Of a stretch of DNA of 64,000 nt, positions 47,770 through 56,793 are shown piece after piece (position 1 is the stretch's first letter; every line of letters starts with the position of its first letter). Below the pieces are notes generated by a model. That model had not been told where the DNA came from, ran no database searches, and was given only the letters and a program-made list of their open reading frames with translations. Where the stretch lies: contig JAWKNY010000002.1 in NCBI GenBank assembly GCA_041391485.1, positions 128,245-192,244 of the forward strand, given 5' to 3'. The DNA comes from Bdellovibrionota bacterium. Its GTDB lineage: Bacteria; Bdellovibrionota; FAC87; UBA2466; JACKAF01. The position numbers were made by a program, and so were the translations under genes.

Positions 47770-49921
47770 TTGCCCGGATTCAAGAAGAACGGGTAAGCAC
47801 TGACCTCGGTCACAACCGGGGCTTCAGGTTTCGGGAAGCGCCAGCTACGCACGCGAGAGACAATACAGTTTTGAAGCGTGCTGTCACCGACGGTGCTCGA
47901 AGCGACCCCGGCAAACGACACGATCCCGTTGGGCTGAATCGTAAACTGCACCACCACTTTACCGCGTAAAGACGGGTTGCGGCGTCGGGCGGATTCGTAA
48001 CACTGACGGATCTCCCCACGGTGCTGGTTTACAATTCTGTTGATGACGTCTTTAGGAAGACCTGAAAGCACCTGAACGTTTTCGGAAACGACGCTCACAC
48101 TGTGCTCGCCTTTTTGCCCCAGTCGACCGGGCCCTTGAATGCCTTCGCCGATCCCATCGCCCGACTGGCCACCACCGATACCCTTGGTGGAAGGACCGTC
48201 GATACCGATCGTATTGCCGCCGCCGCCAACCTCGACCCCTTTAAGGCCTTTACCAGCAGCGCCGCCCGTGACCGTGCCACGCGAGGAGCGTAGACCTTTG
48301 TCAAAGGCGTCCACACCCGTTTCGGTGTCCATCATCTCTTTGAGGTTCTTCTTGAGACTGCTCTTGTTGAAAGCCTCAAGTAGACCCACCTTCTTCACAG
48401 TCTTGGCGTCCACCACTTTGCGCTGGGGCTTCGGCTTGAAACTGGCTTGTCCGCCTGCTTGGCTTGCGATTTTTGTTCCTTCGGTTTCTCCTTGGGAACT
48501 GTTTCTGCAGGCTTGCTCGCCCGAGCTTCAGGTTCCTTGGCCTTGGCTCCGCCGCCACTCTTAGAACCTGCCTCTTGCGGCGTGGCCTTGGGCTGGACCA
48601 AATCAGGAATCTTCGGACGCTTTTTGATAACAATCTTTGCAAAGCGTTCGGGAATCATTTCAATGGTAACCGGCTTGGGTTCGGGAACGAACATCAGGCC
48701 AAATATCATGAAGAAAAACAGCAACGCGGAGCTGATCATCGTACGGAGAAGCAGACGATCCCGATCAAACAACGGCGCCGGGCGAATACGCGGGGCGGGC
48801 TTCACGTAAAGAACGAAGAAATTGATTCTGCCGATGCTAAGTTTGGCAAAATCGTCGCGACGCAGCGGCAAACGAAAGTAGTTGCCATAGCGCTTCACGA
48901 ACTTCTCTTCCTGCAAATCTTTTAGCGAATAGATCTTATCGCGTGCACGCACGGTCCCGCTCATGTCGTCCGTAAACGCGAGGTACGTAATTCCGTCTTC
49001 TTCGATCGTAATGAGCGGAAACTCGTCGGGTATCCCTTCGCTCGGAATCACATAGTGACTCTTGGGGCTCTCGCCTACCGTAAGTACTACGGGGTCCACG
49101 TAGTTGGACACATCAAGAATGTGATCGCCCCACAAGGCCGTTACTTCCAACTCTTGAGCGTGCTCCGGGAGTTCGAAAGCGGTCTCAAGCTCTTCGGGCA
49201 AGACATCATCGTCACCATGCCGTGAACGGCGATCGGCAATGCGTCTTTCCAAGCTTGTAATATCAAAAACTCTTCTGTCCCCACGTCGGCGCTGGCCAAC
49301 CCGGCGTTCCCATTCACGATCGCCTCTGCGATCGACTCCGCTACGGCGTTCGGGTTCCGAATCCGGCGGTCCTTGGGTCGGAGTACTACGACGTTCTCCA
49401 TCGCGTTGCTCGATGCGTCGTTCCCCATCACGGCGGTCTTGGAGGCGTTTCTCGTCGGGAAAAGCGTCACGCTTGCGGCGTTCGGTGCGCTTTCGACGTT
49501 CCCCATCACTCGCACGGGCGGGTGCCGGATCAATATTAACCTGGGTGGCTTCGCCGTCGAAGGTGCTGTCTGCGCTCGCTGCGGCGATAGGGGTGGGTCG
49601 ACCCGATCCTTTTTCGATAATCAGCTCAGCGAATCCCAAGCGAATGCGGTCGCCAACTTTCAACTTAGCTTCAATCACCTTCTTGTCATTGACGAAGGTA
49701 CCGTGGCTGCTCGCTAGATCGGTGATGGTTAACTCGTTCCCGCGAACTTCAATCAAAGCGTGGATGCGCGAAACCCTGGGATCGTCGATCCGCACGTCCG
49801 CAGACAAGATGCGGCCCAAAACGATCTTCTCTTTAACGAACTCTGCGGTGAAGAGTACCTTACCGCCATCGCCAAGCAGGTCGAGTCGAACTGGAAATGT
49901 TGAAGAAGCCTGAGCTTCCAT
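47766..49921 (-). pseudogene. FHA domain / single TM / Pro-Lys linker / AgmX-PglI (TonB-C-like) C-terminal domain protein, GltG/NfsG-like; frame broken once (ORFs 48395-49921 and 47766-48416)
   Basis: FHA motifs GRILSADVRIDDPRVSRIHALI...SSHGTFVND. The C-terminal domain reads INRIVNQHRGEIRQCYE...GKVVVQFTIQPNGIV...WRFPKP. The frames swap at 48438-48446 within the Lys/Pro linker. Confidence 0.75.
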
Positions 49922-49972
49922 AGGCTAAAGCCCGCCGGTTAAAGGGTTTTATTCGCTTTAGGGAGAGGAGTC

Positions 49973-50287
49973 TTAATGCTGAATTCTGGCTGAATCGACC
50001 ACTTCCGCGTCAAAGTTCTTGCGGATGCGGATGATTGTACGGCCTTTGACCCCTTGGATATTAGAAATATAAGATCCGCTGGGTCGCTTGAAGAGACCTT
50101 CAATGTCAGCCCCTTCGAAGTCGTACGTGTTCTTCTTCTTATACTTTACCGTCGTGCCGTCAGAGCGCTTTTCAATGACGTAATCACCCTTGGAGCGACG
50201 ACTCTTTGTCTTGCCTTTTTCAGCAAAAACAAACGGCGTTAGCAGTGATGAAAGTACCAAGATGCTTAAACCAAATTTTCTGATCAC
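49973..50287 (-). CDS. small secreted protein in the GltF/NfsF position
   Basis: 104-aa ORF with signal peptide and motif YDFEGADIEGLFKRPSGSYI. Assigned by position in the cluster only. Confidence 0.45.
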   Translation of the reverse strand: MIRKFGLSILVLSSLLTPFVFAEKGKTKSRRSKGDYVIEKRSDGTTVKYKKKNTYDFEGADIEGLFKRPSGSYISNIQGVKGRTIIRIRKNFDAEVVDSARIQH

Positions 50288-50352
50288 TGCTTACCTCCAG
50301 TTCCACGAACTGAGGCGACAGAAGTATAAAAAGACACCTCTCTCTTTATCCC

Positions 50353-51227
50353 TTATCGCCACTTTTGAATGAGTTCCTGAGCTTTTGCGGTCTGTTTTCC
50401 GCCTGCTTGGACGTAGCGCAGCAACATGTCGGCTGCTAGCTTAGGCTGGTTCAGACGGTTCCCCAATAAAATCCCATTGTTATACAGTACCGAAACGGCA
50501 TTGGGGTGCTGTCCAAGAAAGTCCTCATAGACCGATCGGGCGGAATCAAATTGGCCTAGAGCCTCAAGCGCCGCCCCACGGCCCAGCACCGCATCTTCAA
50601 AACCCTTGTCGCGGTCCAAAGCCCGCACAAAGGCCCGCTCGGCGTCGGCATAACTCGCGCTCTCCAGGTAGAGCGCCCCCAGATTGACGAGTGGGGCCGC
50701 AATCGGGGGATCGGCGTCCGCCGCTTTCTCAAAGTAAGCAATGGCCTGAAAACGCTCGCCGTCTTTGAGAGCCATCATTCCAAGATTATTGAAAAGCATC
50801 GACTTCCAGGCAAATCGGTCGTCTTTCTCCAACTTCTCAAAGAAGTATTTCGCTAGATCCTTGCGGTTTCGGCGTAAATGAAACACGCCGAGCAAGAACG
50901 CGGCGCGAGTCTCCTGTGGGTGCTTTTGCAGAAAGGCCTTGATCTTGGCCCCGGCTTCGTTGGTACGTCCCGCCGCATCGAGCAAGGAGAGGTACTCCAA
51001 ATAACTGTCCGTATCGGTCTCGAAACTGCTTTTAAACGCTCCAGTCTATCCAAAACCATGCGGCGATCCGCACGGTAGCTGTTGGAGTAACTCCCTTCCA
51101 ACCAGGCAAGGTAACGCATGGGATCGTTCTGCGTGCGCGAGTTTGAGCTGGTACTGGTACCCGATCCCGTTGGCGTGCTCGAACAAGCTGCCAAGAGTCC
51201 CAAGCAGAGCAACGCTGCATACTTCAT
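50353..51227 (-). pseudogene. TPR lipoprotein (GltE/NfsE-like position); frame broken once (ORFs 50853-51335 and 50353-51000)
   Basis: Start ATG 51227 gives lipobox MKYAALLCLGLLAACSS. After ...RMVLDRLER the sense continues in another frame (FKSSFETDTDSYLEYLSLLDAAGR..., then TPR repeats). The junction is at 51028-51045 (TTTAAAA). TAATG overlap with the upstream stop. Confidence 0.6.
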
Positions 51228-54200
51228 TAGAAAGTACCCCCTAAATTTCCCCAACGGGTCGTCCAATACGCTGGCTGCGGGAGCAGCCCCGACGGCGTGA
51301 CGTCTTTGTCGTTCTGTGCCAGATAGGTACGGCACTTCTGGACGTAATTCGATGCCACATGAAATTCCACCGCTTTGGTTTTGCAGAGCTGGGCCAGCTC
51401 CTTTGCACGCGTTTCGTACGGCGCCACAAACTCGCCTTCCAATGTCTTCAGTTGCGCTTCCAACTCTTTGCGCTGGGCCCCTTTGTACGCGTTAGGAACT
51501 TCAATCGAGCGATAGGCTTTCACAAAGTCCGCATAAGCCATGGCGCGTTCCGACAGCGCTGCCACACCCCACTCCGGTTCGCCAAGCGCGACGATCTTCT
51601 CATAGTCCGCATCCAGCTTCTTGAGAGACGCCTGCTTCTGCTTCAAATTGCTCACAAGGCGGGCGGGTGGTAACCGCAATTTGAGTCGTTCATAAGCCGT
51701 TTTTTGCGGTTCAACTTTTACGAAATTTGCTTCTGCGACATATTTCGCATCAGAACCAAATGAGCTCAAGTTCAATTGTCCGCGTGTAATGCTGCCAATC
51801 TTGGCAAGGGTCTGCTCTCTATCGCGTTTACGCCCATACGTCCCATACAAGTCCGCGAGCTTCCCAAGTAAACCGACTCGTTCCGCCAACGTCGCTGCCT
51901 GATTGGAGAGCTGAGTATAAATCTCAGCCACCTTGCGCCAGTTGCCACTCTTTCGATAAAGCTCAGCCTCGCTGAGCTGGATGTCCTTTCGTTCTTTGGC
52001 GTTTGGTCGTGCCGTCGCTAGATACTTTCCGTACAGCTTCAGAGCCTTGGAATTCTGTCCAAGTACCTCGGCAAATACCGCTGCGTTATAGAGCGCGCTC
52101 TTCGCTTGTGGATCCTTCGGGCTTTTCTCGGCAAACCGCTCATAGAGATTTTGTGCGGTTTCAAAATCATAACCCTCTTCAGATTTCTTGGCCTGAAGCA
52201 ATGTTAGGCGCGTGTTGTACTCGTGGTTTGGGTACTTTTGCATGAACAGCTTCGTCACTTCCGATTGACGAGCCACGTTCTGAGTCTTCTCATACGTAAC
52301 CACTGAGTTGTAGAGAGCTTGCTCTGCCAACTTTCCTTTAGGATTGGACCGGTAGTAATTGTAATAAGCGTCTCCGGCTTTCTCCCAGTCCTCGTCCTTC
52401 TCAAATTTCTCAATGGTCTTAAAGCCAATCTGATCCTGGAAGGAACGCATTTCGGTACGGAATTTCGTGTCTCCCAGATCGGATTCATTGGCGAAGGAAC
52501 CCGCGGCTACTCCAAGCGAAGCGTAGTCCTTATTAATGTTGTAGATATCCAATAGCAAGTGCGCGGAAGTCACGGCACTCTTATGCTTGGGGTACTTGGT
52601 CGATATCTCTTTGAAAATCGGAGCCGCTTTTTCAAAGTGGTGGTAGCGGTAGTAGATCCCCGCAATACGGAACTTCACATCCACCGATCGCTTGAACTTC
52701 GAGTAGTTGGACAGATAAAACTCAGACACTTCGATGAAGCGCTTCTCCCCTTCAGGGATTTCCATCCGCTCAAACTTGTTTTCCTGGCGTTCTTGTTTGG
52801 TAAACCGCTTAACCTTCGAATTTGCCGTCAGCTGATCCACCGCCAGCAGAGCGTTGTACGCCGCCTCTTCCGCGAGTTTATCCTTGGGCGGATTCTTGGC
52901 GATCACCATATAACGATCCGCAGCGGGCAAGAACTTCCCTTGTTGGTAGAGAATCTCGGCTTGGTAGAAAACCAATTTCCTTCGATCCGGGTGACTCGGG
53001 AAAGCTTTTGCTACGGCATCATAGAGTTCAAGGCCGTACCCGTAGAAGAATTTCTTTTTAGACTTTTGCGCCGTCCGATGAAAGAAGTAAGCGGCATTCG
53101 TACTATCCTTGCGTAAGGATTCCAGCTTATCCTTTGCAGCGTCCTCATCCTTAGATAACCACCGACGTGCCCAGTCCGATTCCTCACCGTACTTTTGGAG
53201 AGCCAGAACCAAACCGCCAACGGCTTCCTTGTTTTCGCCCTGACGCATGTGGGACTCGTAGATCTTCATGGCGTACTCTGGGCCTTCAAGAGAGTCGTCG
53301 AACTTACTCAGAAGCTTCTTATGGGCCTGAATGGAAGCATTACCCTGCGCGCGATTGTGGACGGACTCGGCGATAAGCTTCAACTTCTCGTACGCCTCTT
53401 CTTCTCCGAGCACCTTCTTGTAGTAATCAAAGGCTTCGTCGACCTTCCCGGCGTCGGCGTAAAACAACGCTAAGTCGTTCACCGCTTGCTCGCGCAGATT
53501 GAATTTCAGTTTCTCCTTGGACCCTTCCAACTTCTCGACAACCTTTTGCATGTTCGCAAGCGCCAGGGAAGATTGCCCGAGGTTCAATTGGCACCACGCT
53601 ATTTTGTAAAGTGCGTAGTCGGCGAGATCCGAATCTTTTCTTCGCAGGATGGTCTGGTATTTGCCCAGAGCTTGAGCGAACTTTTGGTTGTCGAAGTAAA
53701 AATCGGCCAAAACCAAGATCGCTTCGTCGTACTTCCGGCTTCTAGGGTAGGAGCGAACCAATCTTTCGAGGTAAGCCGCTCCCTTTTGCGTGCGGCCGTA
53801 CTCCAGGTTTACAAAGCCCAAGAAGTACAAGACCTCGTCCATTCGAGGGTGACGCGGGTACTCGCGCTCCAGCCGAGTGAGCGTTTCCAAAGCTCTGGTC
53901 AGGTAGCGCTTGGAGCGCCGGGTATCCATCTTAGGAGCTTTTTTACCCTTTTCCCCGGCCGCTTTAGCTTTGTCGAATTCTTCAAGCTGCGTGTTGTACA
54001 TTTCAAGTTCATGGAAGTTGAGCTCCATGTACTTTTCCGTGTACAGCTGGCCCAATCGTAAGAGGACGTTGTCCCGATTCTTCGCATACCCCGAGGCTAA
54101 TTCCTGGCGTAGCAGCTTGATCGCCTGATCCCGACGGGCTGTCAGAAAGGTCTGCTTCTCAAAAAGGTACTTCTGCGTATCCACCGAAGGACTTTTGGCT

Positions 54201-54415
54201 TCACGCTTACCGGCCGCGATGGAGAATTTTTTCCCGCTGAAGGTAAGATTCGCCTGTGGAATCTGCAAGTTCTCCTTGCTTGGCGGCAAGGAAAAATACT
54301 CGTCGTCTTTGGCGGTCGCAACACCCGAAAAAAGTAGGATCAAGAGTAGGACCGTCGCCCGCAGACTAGTCGACGCAAGAACTTTCTGTTGTGTAAACAT
54401 AACTTCCAAGCTCAT
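51227..54415 (-). CDS. large TPR-repeat protein, GltD/AgmU/NfsD-like
   Basis: About 1060 aa from ATG 54415 (or 54400). Signal peptide ...LRATVLLLILLFSGVATA. TPR-like repeats throughout. Size and position match AgmU-type proteins. Confidence 0.7.
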   Translation of the reverse strand: MSLEVMFTQQKVLASTSLRATVLLLILLFSGVATAKDDEYFSLPPSKENLQIPQANLTFSGKKFSIAAGKREAKSPSVDTQKYLFEKQTFLTARRDQAIKLLRQELASGYAKNRDNVLLRLGQLYTEKYMELNFHELEMYNTQLEEFDKAKAAGEKGKKAPKMDTRRSKRYLTRALETLTRLEREYPRHPRMDEVLYFLGFVNLEYGRTQKGAAYLERLVRSYPRSRKYDEAILVLADFYFDNQKFAQALGKYQTILRRKDSDLADYALYKIAWCQLNLGQSSLALANMQKVVEKLEGSKEKLKFNLREQAVNDLALFYADAGKVDEAFDYYKKVLGEEEAYEKLKLIAESVHNRAQGNASIQAHKKLLSKFDDSLEGPEYAMKIYESHMRQGENKEAVGGLVLALQKYGEESDWARRWLSKDEDAAKDKLESLRKDSTNAAYFFHRTAQKSKKKFFYGYGLELYDAVAKAFPSHPDRRKLVFYQAEILYQQGKFLPAADRYMVIAKNPPKDKLAEEAAYNALLAVDQLTANSKVKRFTKQERQENKFERMEIPEGEKRFIEVSEFYLSNYSKFKRSVDVKFRIAGIYYRYHHFEKAAPIFKEISTKYPKHKSAVTSAHLLLDIYNINKDYASLGVAAGSFANESDLGDTKFRTEMRSFQDQIGFKTIEKFEKDEDWEKAGDAYYNYYRSNPKGKLAEQALYNSVVTYEKTQNVARQSEVTKLFMQKYPNHEYNTRLTLLQAKKSEEGYDFETAQNLYERFAEKSPKDPQAKSALYNAAVFAEVLGQNSKALKLYGKYLATARPNAKERKDIQLSEAELYRKSGNWRKVAEIYTQLSNQAATLAERVGLLGKLADLYGTYGRKRDREQTLAKIGSITRGQLNLSSFGSDAKYVAEANFVKVEPQKTAYERLKLRLPPARLVSNLKQKQASLKKLDADYEKIVALGEPEWGVAALSERAMAYADFVKAYRSIEVPNAYKGAQRKELEAQLKTLEGEFVAPYETRAKELAQLCKTKAVEFHVASNYVQKCRTYLAQNDKDVTPSGLLPQPAYWTTRWGNLGGTF

Positions 54416-55841
54416 CTTCCCAGTATTCTCCCTGAAAGGGCCAGTAGTGGTAACCGGCAAAAACTTTGGTTTCAACGTCCGTAACTCTCTTCGCAGGCAA
54501 GCCTTTGCTCTTCTCGATGAGCTCTTTCTCGCCGGTGATAATCTCAACTTTTAGGTAGTTCGCTTGCTCACGCTGCGCTTGTAACTGACGAAGGTGCCGT
54601 GAGTGGATGGACTGTAGGTCCTTACCCACACGAGCGCTAATATAATTAATGACCTTGTCCAAGGTCTCCTTGATGGAGTTGATTGTCTTCATCCGAGCAA
54701 AAACGCCAAGACGCATGCGCTCTTCGCGGAGTAAGTCTCTGACTTTCAGATCGTGGCTGATCCCGGGGTCGCGATCAATCACGCTGGTGTACGCACGGTT
54801 CAGTCCCGCCTTTCGCGTATAGGCGTTGAAGAACGCCATGGGGCTATCCAAAACAGTTTTCTCTTTTTCCATCGCGCGAAGGATGGGATCGTAAATCTCA
54901 AAAAACTCGTTCAGCGTCCGGCGCATCTCTTCGTATTTGCAAAGGGCAAAGAGGATCGTGGCCTTCAGGACGTACGCTTCACCCACCAAACTTTCTCTAT
55001 AAAAAGGAGAAGTCAGCGTATGCAGGTTCCCGAGTGAAACCGTGGAATCGTTCATGCGCATCAACGGCCAGCTGGCCTCGAGCAAGACATCCAACCAGAA
55101 CGGTGAGCCGCTGGTGAAACGCGCAAAAGCTTCGATGGACGCTTCCAATTTTCCGCGAGAGTACAAGGACCGAGCCAGGTTTAGTTTAGCCAGGTCCTCC
55201 ATCACATCCGATCCGCGCTTGTTCGCTGAAAGCTGCGCCACTTTGTTGAAGTAGACGATCGCGTCGTTGTAGTCCTTTTTTCGCGTGGCGATGACGCCGA
55301 GATAGAAGAGCGCCTTTAGATAGAACTGACTTTCTGGATTCACCGATTTCAAACGGCTTTCGGCGGCTTTGAAATTATTCTCATTGTAATGGTGCACGCC
55401 AGCGGCGTAGTGGACCATGTGGTTGAGTTCTTGAGGGATGTAAGCACCGGGAAGTCTAACGACGAGCTTACCCACTCGGTCTACAAGATTGAGCCGATCC
55501 ATAATAACAACGGCGTTCTTGATGGCCTTTCCATATACCGCTTTGTTCTTGGGGTCCGGCTTGAGCAGGACCATGCGGAAAGACCGGTAAGCGGAAAAAT
55601 AGTAGCCCAGTTCGTAGAGCGCCAACCCTTGATAGTAGTAGCTAAGATTGCGATCGCTAACAGACCTAGCACCCAGAATAGCCTGATCGAAGTAGGTAAC
55701 TGCATCGCGCATCTTTCCGGACTCAAAGGCGCGCTTGCCGCGTTCCAAAGAATCCGAAGCGGCGTAAAGATTCGCCGTAAGGCTTAGCCCCAACAGCAAG
55801 CCGATGGAGTATTGCTTTAATGATGGCTTCATAGTTTTCAT
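54366..55841 (-). CDS. TPR-repeat periplasmic protein, GltC/NfsC-like position
   Basis: 491-aa ORF with signal peptide MKTMKPSLKQYSIGLLLGLSLTANLYAAS and TPR-like repeats. ATGA overlap with the upstream gene. Confidence 0.6.
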   Translation of the reverse strand: MKTMKPSLKQYSIGLLLGLSLTANLYAASDSLERGKRAFESGKMRDAVTYFDQAILGARSVSDRNLSYYYQGLALYELGYYFSAYRSFRMVLLKPDPKNKAVYGKAIKNAVVIMDRLNLVDRVGKLVVRLPGAYIPQELNHMVHYAAGVHHYNENNFKAAESRLKSVNPESQFYLKALFYLGVIATRKKDYNDAIVYFNKVAQLSANKRGSDVMEDLAKLNLARSLYSRGKLEASIEAFARFTSGSPFWLDVLLEASWPLMRMNDSTVSLGNLHTLTSPFYRESLVGEAYVLKATILFALCKYEEMRRTLNEFFEIYDPILRAMEKEKTVLDSPMAFFNAYTRKAGLNRAYTSVIDRDPGISHDLKVRDLLREERMRLGVFARMKTINSIKETLDKVINYISARVGKDLQSIHSRHLRQLQAQREQANYLKVEIITGEKELIEKSKGLPAKRVTDVETKVFAGYHYWPFQGEYWEDELGSYVYTTESSCVD

Positions 55842-56524
55842 CCGGGCATCTTGGGTAGCCAGAAACTGAGTGAGGCAGAGATCGTAAAGTTACTCCGGAG
55901 GCCCGTGCCGTCGGAGCTGGTTTCTTGGTAAATGTAGTTACGAAAATCAATACGCAAGGAAACCCACTCCCTAAAGAAGGCGCGGATACCGATTCCTGGA
56001 TAAAAGGTGAAGTAATCGTGCAAATCTGTTTTCGCGATTCCAACCCCGAGCGCTAGGAAGGGTTCTACGTAGACAATCCAACGCGAAAACGTGGCCATTT
56101 TTCCGTACCAGGGCGTAAGCTGAATCCCAGCACTTCCCACCAGTACCAGATTCTGAATCTGGGGGCGGATGTCCGGGTTGTTCACGTTGTTAATGTCTTC
56201 GGTGAAGCTGCTCAAAAAATTCTTGGTGTAGATGAAGTTCGCTTCCGTCGCAAAGGCGTCACTCCAATGCAGAGTGTAACCAAAGCCGCTGGTGAGGGTG
56301 CGACGAATCGTACCGAACGGGATCCCCCCCAAAGAGACCGGCGTAAGTTCGTGCCGCCATTCTTTGCGGGTGTACTTTTTCTGAACCGCAATCACTTCGC
56401 GATTGGGAATCGTCCCAATCTCTTCGAGTTGCTTTTCAATGAGGTTTTCATCCGCCGTGGCAAACGCGCAAAAACACACGAGAGCGGCGGCGATACCACG
56501 GAAGAGTTGTTTTGATAAATGCAT
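55838..56524 (-). CDS. outer-membrane beta-barrel protein, GltA/B-NfsA/B-like
   Basis: 228-aa ORF with signal peptide. Alternating aromatic/hydrophobic strands and a C-terminal ...FTISASLSFWLP consistent with a small OM barrel. Confidence 0.65.
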   Translation of the reverse strand: MHLSKQLFRGIAAALVCFCAFATADENLIEKQLEEIGTIPNREVIAVQKKYTRKEWRHELTPVSLGGIPFGTIRRTLTSGFGYTLHWSDAFATEANFIYTKNFLSSFTEDINNVNNPDIRPQIQNLVLVGSAGIQLTPWYGKMATFSRWIVYVEPFLALGVGIAKTDLHDYFTFYPGIGIRAFFREWVSLRIDFRNYIYQETSSDGTGLRSNFTISASLSFWLPKMPG

Positions 56525-56793
56525 AAAAATAAAGAGTTATTGGAGCGGCGCGCCGCTTAGCCCCCACCGGGAGCTGGGAAGTCTGGAACGCCAAGTATTA
56601 TTATATCGCTAGCAACCGCAAGAATCACATGGGTTCGCGGGTTTTTTGGTCTTGCTTTCGGGACGCGTTACGCTATATTTTTTAGCTAGTATGCAGCGAG
56701 CCTTTCTGCGAAATTTACCTTCCTTTTGCCAAACCCACACTACAAGCGCGTCATGACCTTGGCTTCGGCTTACCTGACGCGATTTATTGATTC

